Notes under the pieces: generated by a model
Told to the model about the DNA's origin: nothing
Seen by the model: only the letters and a program-made list of their open reading frames with translations
Databases searched by the model: none
Assembly (NCBI GenBank): GCA_010909165.1
Contig: MU008154.1
Coordinates: 558,001-622,000, forward strand
Source of the DNA: Anthoceros angustus
Lineage: Eukaryota; Plantae; Anthocerotophyta
Length of the DNA stretch: 64,000 nucleotides
Direction of reading: 5' to 3'
Translations under genes and position numbers: made by a program
In this document: positions 50,451-63,545 of the stretch, one piece after another
Numbering within the stretch: the stretch's first letter is position 1
How the letters are laid out: every line of letters begins with the position of its first letter

Positions 50451-51027
50451 CGAGCCGCAAAACACCGATTGCCACACACAAGGCACATTACCTTCAAAGC
50501 GCACAAACAAAGCTGATTCCGGCCTGACTCGATCTTGCATGTGGGGAGCCGCGTTACGCAGAAGGAAGGGAGGGCTCCTATAAGAAGCCCCACATAGCTC
50601 ACAATGCAGCACAAAGGGTTGATTACAACAACCAGAGCTCGAGCACGCGAACTTCTGAGCCCGTGGAGTGTGTGCGACTGTCGGCCGGATGTGGGCGCAA
50701 GTGAGATTGCATCCAGTCCGCCCTGTGGCGATCAACTCAACATCGAGCCCGCGATGGCAATAGCGAGTGCGCAGCGTAAGGCGAATTGGGGTTGGCGGTT
50801 GACTTACCACCGGATAAAAACATGTAGATCCAAGTAAAAGTAAAGTAAGTTAAAGTAAATAATAGCAAACGAAAAGTATATAAAAGTGAAACTAACATAT
50901 ATTGAAATATTATTTTAATGAAAACTTAAAGTCACCCTCTCACATCTCTCTATCCTTTTCAAAGTAACCAAGTGTACCAAGCCATATGGTACTAAAGTGT
51001 ACCACCAAACCATGCTACCACCCTAAG

Positions 51028-53830
51028 ATGCTACTTTGAGCAGCATCTTGCAGAGACTAGAAGATAGTCTCTCAATGGGCAAGCTAACAGAATTGGGAGA
51101 TTGCTACAACATCCACCAAGGATGTTTGTTCAAGAAAGGAAGGCTATGCATACCTGAGAGTTGCTCGGAATTGAAGTTGTCCTTGTTGCATGATGCCCAT
51201 GATGCGCCAATAGCGGGACATATCGGGATTGACAAAACGTATCAGTGCTTGAACGAGCACGTATGGTGGCAGGGCATGAAGAAATAGTGCATCAAATATG
51301 TGCAGGAGTGCTTACCTTGTCAACAGACCAAGGCAGAGCACCAGCAGGCTTGCTTATGTCGTTAGAGGTGCCAGCAAAGAAGTGGTCTAGCATGGCCTGT
51401 GATTTTGTGACAGGCTTGCCGAGAACGCAAAGAGGACATAAACAGTGTTTCTCAGCATAGGGGTTTGTCTCCGAACCCCATTTTGGCCCCAACCATCCAG
51501 AAATGCACATGTCTCATTTCACTGTTTTTAGTGATTTGCGAACCCCATGCCCATGCATCCGAGCCCAAGGAAGACCTAATGTGCCCACCGTCCGCACACA
51601 AATGTTGGACACACCTTTGTACCAAGTGGCCGGATGATCGGGCGCACTTATGCTCCAAAGAGCGGAGTGCCGAACGTCCGCGACTTATACTCCAAAGAGG
51701 TGCAATACACCGGGTTTGGAGAGGGTTGCGTCAATACTTGTGTAGGCAAGCACTTTCGCTCAAGTTGCTTGTGCACACTTGCCACCGCACCAACACTCAC
51801 ATCAATTCTCTTTTCAAACCCGTGATTGAGCAATCCCGGATGGCGGGCATACCTGCGACTGGCCCCTCCGTGTCGGATAAGCCGCACTTAGATCTGCGGC
51901 ATTGGGCCCGCGAGGTGGACAAGGTAAAGGATGGTGAGGCCTCCTCAACCGTTCTTGATCAAACTCTTGAGCTTACATTTCTTCTTGTCAAGTCAAATCT
52001 GCTTTCAACCTTAATCTATCCATGGGTGGCACATGGAGCAAGTCGGATCTTAAATTCAAAATCTCTGGCGAAGCTTGGCTATAGTTCGTCTCGAACACCT
52101 AGTGCGCCACATGTGTGGGCGTCACGGTGGGTATAGACAGGTCCTCCTTGAGCCTCACTAAAATACTCGATTTGGTCAAAACCCCATTTCGGGCGACAGC
52201 CCTCTTTCTTCAGATACTGGCTCTCACTAGGGCTCGCGGTGGCGAGCGGATGCTCTCTTATACTTGTGTTCGACAAGCGAGGCTTTCATTACTCAAGGAA
52301 AAATCATCTATTCTATTTATTTTCTTGCTTCTCGCAAAACATTGTGAAACATTGTCTCTTCAAAAGGTTGGCCATTAGAAACCACCATCATACATGTCGA
52401 ATTTTGGAAAATGTAGCTCATCTAGAAACCAAGGCCTATGCATCTATCGTGCATCAAACTCGAATGAGCGGACATTTGGCGCACCAATCAAAGAGATCCA
52501 TGCAAGTCATCGGAAGGGGCACATAGAGTAAGGCCAAAAGGTTTACATGTTGTATACAAAGCGAATGTGGGAATATAACATCAACCAACAAATGATTTTC
52601 AAAATAATATTCATGACTTTACGCCTAGATCTGGGATGATTTACAAATTTTTCAAACCACTAAAAATCAACACTCCATCCTAGTATTGATCGCCTCTAGG
52701 TTGTTATAAGTTGTTACAAAGTTTTCAAAGCGCCAAAAAAGCAAACCATCCTAATAATCCAAAAGTGCGAGAATTCTAAAGCACCAAAGTCAAGCACCCC
52801 ATCCGACTGATCCGACCCGTGCTTAGCTTAACCTTGGAGTTCTTATGCCATTGAGTCTATGCCAAGCGGATGCCAGAAGACAAACAATATATACATTTGC
52901 GCGGACGTCCGGCGCATCCACTCCACCATTTCCATCTCTGACGCCCACAAGATTGGGGTCTCTCAGAAAATCGCCGGACGTCCGGTGCTTCAGACTCGCG
53001 CCAATGTAGCGTCCGCGCATTGTTCCAATTCCTTCTATGTTTTCACTCTAACAATGGAGATCCGGGTTGTGTACTCACGTGCACAGCGTACTTTTAGAGT
53101 CGTAGTTTGGTCCTCTCGAGATGGCCATGATCGCTATCGGTTAATGTTCTCTCACAATTGCGCGGACGTCCGCTGATTTCTCTTTCGACTTGTGCTACTT
53201 TTGCGTGTTGGTTGCGCGGACGTCCGGTGGTTTAACTCTTGGACTAATTTTGTTTGGTTTGCCTCTCACCACCTAGGAAGTACTATCGCTGCGAAAGAGG
53301 TGTTTAGGATTCCTAGCACTGTTAAAAATCCTTGAAATCCCTTCCTTGTGAAGGTGAAATCCATGAACCTTCTTGACAAACCTGTTAGCGTAAGTATTCA
53401 TGAAAATAACATGGTCAATGTCTTTCAAGACATGTCTAAAGAGTGGTTTTGCTAAAGATGATGCATTTTTGGCCTGCCGGGGTCATTTTTGGTCTTTAGG
53501 GACCCAAACCCCTTTAATGGAGAATGACCCTATCTTGAGAGATTCTGCTTATTTGTGTGGAGTGCAGTGTGAGGAGCTACCAAGCTTGCTCACTTTATTT
53601 CCGGGCATGGGCACGATCAAAGCCAAGCAACTAGTGCCTTTGTTCTTGAAGGAGATAGTGTCAGCATGGTGTGCCACAGAAATTGTGTCGAGATAGAGAT
53701 GCAAAGTTCTGTCTCGGTTTGGAAGGAGTTTTGTGCAAGCTTGGGATGAAGTGTGTTTGAGCTCGGCTTATCATTCATTGCCTGCCGACATATGGAAAGA
53801 ATATTCCACCACCGGCTATGTGGCGGTGTT
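51028..53830 (+). mobile_element. Ty3/gypsy integrase remnant (H2C2 region 51028-51457, core 53533-53830, core duplicated at ~55683-55990)
   Basis: RLCIPE..LLHDAHDAPIAGHIGIDKTY..WWQGMKK, AGLLMSLEVPAKKWSSMACDFVTGLPRT; then TKLAHF..LFLKEIV..HGVPQK..DRDAKF..WKEFCASLG..SSAYH. Confidence 0.85.
51460..53530 (-). mobile_element. Copy 2 (inverted) of the 2-kb TA-flanked TIR element; partial copy 3 at ~55060-55682
   Basis: ta|ggggtttgtctcc ... ggagaatgaccc|ta; colinear with the reverse complement of 17322-19385. Confidence 0.85.
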
Positions 53831-56800
53831 GCGATAAAGAACACGATAATATTCATTCCAGAATAAACAACGCCCGCTCGAGAAAGTTGCGGCCAGGTAG
53901 TTTTTGTCTAGTCACTAATTCACCTTAAACACGGCACTTCAAAAGCACCCGCTCCTGTTTAGCAATCCATCGAGTGGGATGTAACTTTTTGTCGAAATTG
54001 TTTGAAATGATGGTGACAAGTGGAAATCCTTTGTTCTAATTAGAGTATCTCCATAAGAGCAGGTGCTAGCATATTACGCCTTCATTAGTATAACCCCAAC
54101 CTAGGGTTTAGGGTCTCACTTTTGACGAGCATGCGGGTGGCTAGCCATGAGGTGAAGGGTTACATCTTCTATCGAACTTGTGTTGGGCAGATGCGCCGCC
54201 CTTCCGACTTCTAAATTCTTTCACAACGACTTGAGGCCGATTTTGATCCGTCTGGCCTATTTTCTATTTTAAACATGTCGGAGGGTTCGGTATGGGCATT
54301 AGCTGACCACCAACCAATTATACTTGACAAGTATTGCTCCTCCATAGGCCTACTTCACTGTCATCTCTAGATATGTTTTTATGTGGTCACAGCACTTGAA
54401 TTCATATAAGCACTTCCTCGACCAACAACCAAGCAAACAAATCTAATACGCATCTAGATATATAGGTGCAACCAATAACAACAAGAGGAGTAGCTCGCAT
54501 CGTGGCACAAACACACTCTCCCACGAGAACAACACGCAAATTCCTCACATCGCCTCGAGTCATAGCTTTGGCCTCCTCACAACACCTTGCATTGCATATC
54601 TAGATGACAAGCTATGATCTCGAGCTTGTCCTCAATGGAAGGGCCTATATATACTGTACTGCATCGGCATATTCCTAAGATATCCTATTGGCATCGAGAT
54701 ATGCCGTAAATATCCTAAGAATACACTATAATATGCAAGGAATATGCCAAAGCATATTACTTGAGCTTATCCACTTAGCTATTGCTAACCATGTTTAATT
54801 AACACTAATCAATGCTTAATTAACATAAGCACCTTAGATTAACTAATACTAATCAATACTTAATTAACATAAGCACTTTAGATTAATTAACACTAATTAC
54901 TTTCTTAAAGATAAGTAATTAGATTAATTAATGCTAATCAAACACTAAACCCAAGTGCAGAGATTAGTATCACATGGCATGCAGCCGTGGCATGCGTGCG
55001 TCCGCTAACACTAGGGCTTACAACCACTTGTCGTGCACCCATGCACATTATGACTTCATATACATTTGCGGACGTCCGGCGATCCACTCCACCATTTCCA
55101 TCTCGACGACGCAAGATTGGGGTCCAAATGCGCCGGACGTCCGCAGTTTTTAGAGCCAATGTGCCGAACGTCCGCGCATTGTTCCAATTCCTTCTATGTT
55201 TTCACTCTAACAATGGAGATCCTGTGGTTGTGTACTCAGCATCAAACGCCCAGCTACTTTTAGAGTCGTAGTTTGGTCCTCTTGAGATGGCCATGATCGC
55301 TATCGGTTAATGTTCTCTCACAATTCGGACCCCCGCAGCTTTTTCGCTTGAATTGCTACTTTTGCGTGTTGGTTGCGCCGGACGTCCGGCTTTGGACTAG
55401 TTTTTGTTTGGTTTGCCACTGCTCACCCCGCTAGAAGTACTATCGTCATGAAAGAGGTGTTTAGGATTCCTAGCACTTAAAAATCCTTGAAATCCCTTCC
55501 TTGTGAAGGTGAACTGCGAACCTTCTTCGCTTAAACCTCATAGTGTAAGTATTCACGAGAAAATAACATGGTCAATGTCTTTCAAGACATGTCTAAAGAG
55601 TGGTTTTGCTAAAGATGATGCATTTTGCTTTGGGTCATTTTTGGTCTTTAGGGACCCAAACCCCTTTAATGGAGAATGACCCTATGTTGAGACTTGCTCA
55701 TTTGTGTACTGCGGTGGGTCCCAGAGACGAGCTACCAAGCTTGCTCACTTTCCGGGGCATGGGCACGATCAAAGCCAAGCAACTAGTGCCTTTGTTCTTG
55801 AAGGAGATAGTGTCAGCATGGTGTGCCACAGAAATTGTGTCGAGATAGAGATGCAAAGTTCTGTCTCGGTTTGGAAGGAGTTTTGTGCAAGCTTGGGATG
55901 AAGCTGTGTTTGAGCTCGGCTTATCATTCGCCGTTCAAGCTGACATATGGAAAGAATATTCCACCACCGGCTATGTGGCCAGTGTTGCAGGGATAGCAAA
56001 GAACACGATAATATTCATTCCAGCGGAATAAACAACGCCGGTTCTGAGAAAGTTGCCGCCGCTTGGTAGTTTTTGTCTAGTCACTAATTCACCTTAAACA
56101 CGGCACTTCAAAAGCACCCGCTCCTGTGTTTAGCAATCCATCAGAGTGGGATGTAACTTTTTTGTCGAAATTGTTTGAAATGATGGTGACAAGTGGAAAT
56201 CCTTTGTTCTAATTAGAGTATCTCCATAAGAGCATAGGGTGCTAGCATATTGGCGCCTTCATTAGTATAACCCTAACCCTAGGGTTTAGGGTCTCACTGC
56301 TTTGACGAGCATGCGGGTGGCTAGCCATGAGGTGAAGGGTTACACACCGCTTCTATCGAACTTGTGTTGGGCAGATGCGCCGCCCTTCCGACTTCTAAAT
56401 TCTTTCACAACGACTTGAGGCCGATTTTGATCCGTCTGGCCTATTTTCTATTTAAACATGTCGGAGGGTTCGGTATGGGCATTAGCTGACCACCAACCAA
56501 TTATACTTGACAAGTATTGCTCCTCCATAGGCCTACTTCACTGTCATCTCTAGATATGTTTTTATGTGGTCACAGCACTTGAATTCATATAAGCACTTCC
56601 TCGACCAACAACCAAGCAAACAAATCTAATACGCATCTAGATATATAGGTGCAACCAATAACAACAGGAGGGAGTAGCTCGCATCGTGGCACAAACACAC
56701 TCTCCCACGAGAACAACACGCAAATTCCTCACATCGCCTCGAGTCATAGCTTTGGCCTCCTCACAACACCTTGCATTGCATATCTAGATGACAAGCTATG

Positions 56801-57250
56801 ATCTCGAGCTTGTCCTCAATGGAAGGGCCTATATATACTGTACTGCATCGGCATATTCCTAAGATATCCTATTGGCATCGAGATATGCCGTAAATATCCT
56901 AAGAATACACTATAATATGCAAGGAATATGCCAAAGCATATTACTTGAGCTTATCCACTTAGCTATTGCTAACCATGTTTAATTAACACTAATCAATGCT
57001 TAATTAACATAAGCACCTTAGATTAACTAATACTAATCAATACTTAATTAACATAAGCACTTTAGATTAATTAACACTAATTACTTTCTTAAAGATAAGT
57101 AATTAGATTAATTAATGCTAATCAAACACTAAACCCAAGTGCAGAGATTAGTATCACATGGCATGACAGCGCCGATGTGCATGCGTCCGCGTTAACACTA
57201 GGGCTTACAACCACTTGTCGTGCACCCATGCACATTATGACTTACATACA
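52890..57250. repeat. Tandem duplication of ~2.17 kb (52890-55060 and 55061-57250)
   Basis: Near-identical units; junction microhomology atacatt. Confidence 0.92.
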
Positions 57251-57807
57251 TTAGGCCATGTGTCGCTTGCTTGCGGAAGAGAATGAGAAAGAACACACCA
57301 CTTTTGACACTTTTAATGACAACGCAGCCTTGGTCGCTCGCAAAGATGGTGTCCAACACACAAAACACGTGTTCATTTGCTATGACCTTCGTAGAAAGAT
57401 AGTCGCGGCCTGCAGTGAGCTCGAGAATAGGGAAGAAACTTGGTCGTGTCATGTCTCTCTTCTCTATTCCGATTCCAGTACAATTTGCGATCATGAGTAT
57501 TAGGGCATGGGTAATTTCAAACAGCGTGCTTAGAAAACCGTTGAAATTTGAAAACAATTTCCATGATTTTGAGCCCAAGATTACGAATTATTAGTAAGGG
57601 AATTTGAAACCGAACCAATTATCTATCACTTTTACAACACAAACTATGCTAGCCAAAATATACAACACAAACTATGCTGGCCAAAATAAACAAGCATGAC
57701 TCGAACTAGTAACCTCGGATTTCAATCTCTCTCATTTCAATCCATATTATCTACTCCCTAAACACTAGGAAAAATTTACCTTTAAAAGGCGCCGGCATGC
57801 CGGCACC

Positions 57808-57862
57808 TCGAAAGAAGACTTGAACCCAAGACCTCTTCATTATAAACCTCAAGTCTTACCAA
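57808..57862 (-). other. tRNA-like (SINE-head-like) remnant next to the LINE tail
   Basis: rc ttggtaagacttgaggtttataatgaagaggtcttgggttcaagtc has A-box-like TGGTAAGA and B-box-like GGTTCAAGTC at tRNA-like spacing. Confidence 0.35.
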
Positions 57863-58585
57863 CAACAACAACAATAACTTTATTTATGTCCGCTAAGGAT
57901 GGAAGGACCATCATGGGACAGAGATAGTACAGCGTAAAAGAGGTTAAAAACCGAGTACACTTACGTCGTCGAACTAGAGAAGCGATCGTATGAGGAAAGC
58001 GTAAAAAGAAGGCGAAGACTATAAGGAGTCCAACAAGGCCTGCCGAAGATCAAGAAGCTCAGAGAAACATAGTCCAGAGAGCCTAGGAATGTGGAAAGAA
58101 AAAAATCTACGCAGCGAGAAGTCAGCACACTAAGAAGAGAGTAACGAGACCGAATATTGGCATAGGCAGGACAATAAAAGAGGAATTGTCATTCAGATTC
58201 AGGGTCCAAGGAGCAAAGCTTGCAGATCCTTTCGTCTTGGGGAGGGGCAGGCTTGAGCCAATGGTCGGTCTCAATCCGGAGGTGGTGGGAGCTAACACGA
58301 AATTGACCTATGAGTGTGCGGAGTTTGAAGGACAGGGGGGAACTGAGGTAGCGGGGCAGGGTAGGAAATTTACCAGAGGGAGTATTAACTCGGAGCTCGT
58401 CTTTGTAAAAGCGGAGTCTAGAAGTGAGAGGAGGGGAAAAGGAAAGAGGGGTTGGGAAGGTGACAATCCAGAAGAATCCAGTTGAGAATCGAATTAATTT
58501 GTGGACGCTTTCCAACATTTGGCCAAGTTTAGAACGGATGGATTGGATTCAAATCCCCTTGCGGAGAGCTAGAGGAAGGAGGAGG
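57861..58585 (-). mobile_element. 5'-truncated LINE (RTE-X-like ORF2 C-terminus) with a (TTG)n tail
   Basis: IGQFRVSSHHLRIETD...ERICKLC..DPESE*QFLFYCPAY..IR zinc-finger tail; 3' stem-loop, AATAAA and (TTG)n. Confidence 0.8.
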
Positions 58586-58586
58586 A

Positions 58587-58948
58587 TGTCACGGTGGATT
58601 GATGCAAGCTTCAGCCGTGAAGGACATAGTCAGTCACGAGGCTATGGTGGACACCGCGATGAGCCAGCTGATCTCTGGCCAAAGGGCCGTGGCGGCATAG
58701 ATGGTAGCCGCAAGCACGAGGGCAGCTAGCTAGAAGATTAGGTTAGTTAGAGTGAGTGACTAACCTAGGATCAACTAACCATAGTTAGCTAAACTCTAGT
58801 AAAGACAAGGTCAGTTAAACCATGAAACACATGCTGGGACGGGGGCGCGGGCTACTTAAGCCCGTTCCCAAGAATCAAGACAGACTCTCGCATACCAGCT
58901 TGGAGCCCTTCGCGTCCATGATCTCCGTCTCCGAGAAGAGCGATGACA
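58587..58948. mobile_element. Possible solo LTR
   Basis: TGTCA...TGACA inverted termini; no matching TSD found. Confidence 0.3.
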
Positions 58949-59241
58949 GGCTAGTTCATTTCTAGGCACTTCAAACTCCCTATTAAGAGGGCTTGTTCAT
59001 ATATAGGCACTTCAAACTCCCCATTAAGAGGGTTAGTTCAAAGCGCGAGGGTCATCACCTATATCGTATCATATCATTGTTATGGGGACATGGTACTCCA
59101 TGGTGTGAGTTCTAATGCACGAGACCACCAATTGAACAAAGTAAAAAGATACATGTAATCATGATTTGCATATTTATAAGCATAATCTATATTTTAACTG
59201 GAAAAGTTCTTACAACATTCAAAGACATCTAGGTACTAGTC

Positions 59242-61117
59242 CTAACATGATGAAAGGGGATTACAACCAGGACCCCCATAGGCCACCCATGTTTCTGAAT
59301 TTTTAGGGTCGTCCCTATCTGCATTGTCATATGTAACATCATATAGTCCTTCGTTTGTTTGAACCTTTTCACTGATAAAAGCATGATACATAGTGAGTCC
59401 TCCTTTACCGACTATTTGAATATTTCTGAAGTATGCGCCTTCAAAACTTTCTGCATCTACAGAGTCTGCAAATTCTCCACTACCCATAGGCATTGACCAA
59501 GGTCCCCGCTCTGCACGCATAACCTCCCCTCCATAATGGAGTTCTTTTATGACGTTATGTGCTAATGGGCCATCATTAAAGATACTATCGGGCCAATATC
59601 CAATTTCAACACCATTAATAGATAATAGCCATTTAGTTCCAAGGTGCACAACCCCTATTCTCATATCCATTTTTCCATCACAATCTTCTACCTCAAACAT
59701 ACCACCTGGAAATATAGGAGTATTATCATACAAAACAAACCCTTCACAAAGTGTATTATAACACCCATCATTATAAGAATTACTCTTCATTCAAACAAAA
59801 GGCAGAATCAGTATTGAGCAATAGGAAACAATTCTAGAAGTAGATCTAATGTTTATAAGAAATATGTCTTAGAAATACAAACTTATTACCGTCCATAGTA
59901 CAAAAAAGTGAGTTAAATCCTCCCCATGTTCATAGTATGGCGAATTTATATAAAGTTTTGGATTCACCTGTATTCATATGTAAAAATAATTAAATATATT
60001 TTATATATTATCCAGAAAATTATAATATTCATAGAAGAACAAAAAAAATACTTACATGCCATCCGACCTCAATAACTTGGAATGAACCTTCCGCTAGGTT
60101 TTCTCCTAAAATCCAAAGTTGGCCCAATGAAAAATCTGCATGGTTAACATCATTTACTACGGTAGGCTTATATATATTGGTCGTAGCAATGGTCCCAAAA
60201 ACTTCAATATGTGCGTTTGATGCAGATGAGATCCCGATTGCGTGCTACACATAATGGTATAAAGTTACCATCATCATCAGAACAAACTAAGGTTAACAAA
60301 TATCAATTGCTCACTCACTCTTTAGTTCTTATAGCAGAAAAAAATATATCAAATAAAACTAATACCTCTAAAAGTCTAGCAATTCATGAAGAGAAAGTTG
60401 ATACGTACCCAACGCTTATCCGGTGGATAATATCCATCTACGTGATTATGGTCTTTTACCAACGATGCCCTTTTGGATAGAAAATTTTGATTCAAATATT
60501 CTTTAACATCTTTGGTGACCCGAGGAATTGCGACAGTTCCTGCAGGACAATTTCCAACTTCTCTTTGAAATATTGTGGAGATTTTTTTCTCGACTTTGAC
60601 TTTGGTGCTATTGAGAAATTGCATTGGTGCTTTCTCAAATTGACCAATTTTCTGTAAATTTAGGAATAAAAAAGTTAAAAAATATATATTAAAGAAGACA
60701 ATTGTTGAAATTGTTAGATTTGAACACTTAAACCTCAAATAACATGTGATTATTTGATAGATGTATAAATATCCAATCTTATTACCTCATGATACTCTCG
60801 TAAAGTTGTATTTTGCATGCTCGGTTGGTCCTCAAATTTTACACAATCAACAATACTGCCTTGAGAAAGCTGGCAAGAAAAATGATACCAAAACAAAACA
60901 TGAGTGTGTGCTGGTTTTGCATTTATTTACTCAAGAAATAAATCAATAGCAATAAAAGCTTAATAATAGAAACACTTACCACATGGGATGACACAAATGA
61001 TCGATTTATATTGCTTGAACTCTGTTGCCTAGATGAACCAAGTGCTATGGTCCCATGGCCTAAGAAATAAAATTCCCATAAAAGTATAATAATCAAATAG
61101 TAAAAATTGAGTGCCAT
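59242..61117 (-). CDS. Neprosin-family (DUF4409 propeptide + DUF239) secreted glutamic peptidase, ~424 aa; exons 61117-60980, 60869-60786, 60651-60409, 60244-60056, 59967-59890, 59784-59242
   Basis: Hydrophobic signal-like N-terminus; IVDCV..DQP, CPAGTVAI, FSLGQLWI, IEVGWH (catalytic Glu), FFVLWT, GCYNTLCEGFV, IGYWP..IF, YGGEV (second Glu), MGSG, YGGPG. All introns GT-AG, phase 0; frame open. Confidence 0.92.
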
Positions 61118-61296
61118 GTTAATGGTGTGCACTCTACGGTTTTCTAAACAACCAGTGATGAGTGAAAGCAATGCTAGAAACACAATGTTGTCACTACATA
61201 TATAAGGGTTGTATGAAAACTCTCTCGAGGACAAATGTAGGATTTGCAGTTTATCTCGATAATGTGCTTGAAATATCTTAATTATTAGTTGTACAT

Positions 61297-63545
61297 GGGT
61301 GAAAGCATGGTTTGGTGCTCACTTTAGTCGGAAACGGGTGAAAGGCTCTTATTTTATCCTCACGCAAAGTCTACAATTATAAAAAAGTCATTTCCTTCCT
61401 AACCTGTCATGATATTTTACAGGTTATAGCAATGTCTAGTTTTACCTAGGATCAAATTTTAATTAAGAATAATATATTAAAAATATCCTGAAAACTTTTA
61501 AACTTGAAAAAGGACAATGTCCTCACGGGGCTGGCTTTTTGCTACTCTATTTCACGAACCCGTGACCTAGGAACGGGCCCGCACACGCGCGAGGTTTGAA
61601 ATGCTGTAAGTTAAAAAATCCCGCCCCGATTTATGGTCAACATAGAATATCATTTTTTCAAAGCAGGCGGGACTAGGTTACGTGCATACCGCCCAGCAAA
61701 TGACCTAGGTACTCATGAAGTCAGCTCGAAATGTGCAGGCTGGGCAACAAACGAGAAAGGCCCCAGTTCTACTAGTGCATGACGTGGTGGAATGAGCGGA
61801 TCGGGTTCGAACGGCGCTCTAAGCTGCAAGTTTGCCCAGGGAGCTAGGATGGTGGATAGGGTGGGGGCGTTGGAGGTGTTGGCTTCAAACACGGTTGTTG
61901 TTTTCTGCACAATGCTATGGCTCACCATCCCATCAACGGAGCCGATGGGCAGCAGGAAAATGTTGTCAGCGAGAACGGCAGGTGCATGCACTAGCTGCTG
62001 ATGGTGCTTCACGTGAAGCTAGTGTCCAGGTGTGGGAGGAAGAAGGGTAGGGAGGAATCTTAGGATAAGACAGGTGCAGATGTAAAACGAGGAGATGCGT
62101 CCTCCGGAAGGGGCAGGGAGAGTAGGAGAGGATTCTCCTTGTGGGAGAGTTGAAGGAGAGGGCGTCAGAATGTCAACAATCCGTGTACAAAAGGATAGAG
62201 AGCTGTAGCGGGCTCTTGCTGCCAGTTATGGTCTTAGAAAATGCTCGGTACGGCACAAGCAAGAAGTGGCTCGTAAATTAGCCAATCAATTTTTATGCCT
62301 TACTAGTGCATACACGGCAGAATGTCGTAGAGACATTTTGGGGGTATTCAGTCACCTACCTCTTCTCAAGTTATATCAGCCAGGAGCTACAAAGGATGCA
62401 AAAGAGATCCAATTGGAAGCATTGTTGTTGAAGAATGTGCGTGAGGCTTGTCCTCAAAGCTCTCCACTACGAGGTTTGAGTCCGAGTGAGGCACGCACCA
62501 CAGGGTGTAGTGTGATGCGATATTTTTCCCAGAATTGGCTGGTGCGCAGAACCCAAAGACATCCCGTTGGCCACCATCTCCTCCGGCACAGGTAGGCTCT
62601 GGTAGCCTGGACTCTTCACAATCACCTGTGCTCTGCTGTGCAGCGCTGGAGTCCTTAAGCTAGAGAATTGATGGCGGCACGCGAGACTGGTAGCTGGGCG
62701 AACGTAGTGAGTTCCCTGTTTTGCCTTACGCTCAAGTGCTCTACGGTCTGGGTTCAGTTGATAAACGATGCCTGTATGACTAAGCTATATGCAATGAGTG
62801 GGATCTGTAGGAATGCATTTTGCCAGCTCAAATAGTGTAGATATGCAAGTTTGTCATGGCACCACATGGGCATGAGGGAGAAGTCCAGTTGTACATGCTT
62901 ACCCTTGAAGCCTAGGAACAAGTCACTGCCTGTGTCTATGAAAGCAACTGACGAAGGTGAGTACTCTGCTCGAGGAAGCTGAAGTTCTAGTGGTTGATGT
63001 ACATTGTGTGGTCTTGAGATGACCACAACCTTATTGGTGAACATGTACTACGTGCATACTTAGTGCAGGACAACAAATGATGCAACCATTCGTGCCCCAA
63101 GATTGCTACGTTCAAATTGTTCTGAGTGCTAAGTTAACCAAACTATGTTGTCACACTTTTTCCACCTCCGGGTCGGGCTTTGCAATGCTATGCAGCCGTT
63201 TTACAAATGGATGTTGGCTCTGAAGTCTTGTGACCCAAATTTTGGTGCTATAACGCAAATGTGGTTTTGTTGATATTTATTTCATTGCTCTGATAGATGT
63301 GCGGTTGGGAGCTAGGAGCTCATATTTGCTGTTCATAGAACTCTGCTGGATAGTTGTCATTTTTTCTCTTAGAAATCCATTATCAGCTGAATTTCTGGAT
63401 TTGTGGATTCTGTGGATTCTGTGGATGTGCGGATATGGGGATGTGACGATGTGTGGATGTGTTGATGTGCCGATGTGTGGATGTGCCAATGTGTACGTGG
63501 ATGTGTGGATGTATGGATGTGTGGAAGTGCCGATGTGTAGATGTA
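61297..63545 (+). mobile_element. Internally deleted second copy of the Sola-type element
   Basis: Same left TIR; colinear with 15593-16808 (ANQFLCLT..PGATKDAKEIQL), then ~300 bp of unrelated filler, then sequence homologous to ~21350-21820 and the GATGTG tract. Catalytic core missing. Confidence 0.85.

Larger units (their letters stand above)
15593..51023 (+). mobile_element. Large Sola-type (probably Sola2-like) DNA transposon with nested insertions; native length roughly 11 kb
   Basis: Left TIR aggtataagcatggttgggtgct (15593). Right TIR accaccaaaccatgctaccaccc (51001-51023; rc gggtggtagcatggtttggtggt). 4-bp TSD TAAG at 15589-15592 and 51024-51027. A second copy starts gggtgaaagcatggtttggtgct at 61297. 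Confidence 0.7.

Noticed and set aside
54326-54985. Possible solo LTR (TG start, TATA, AT-rich repeats)
   Set aside because: No TSD or clear boundaries could be established.
56267-56291. taaccctaaccctagggtttaggg as a telomere fusion scar
   Set aside because: Too short; such telobox-like palindromes are common in plant repeats.
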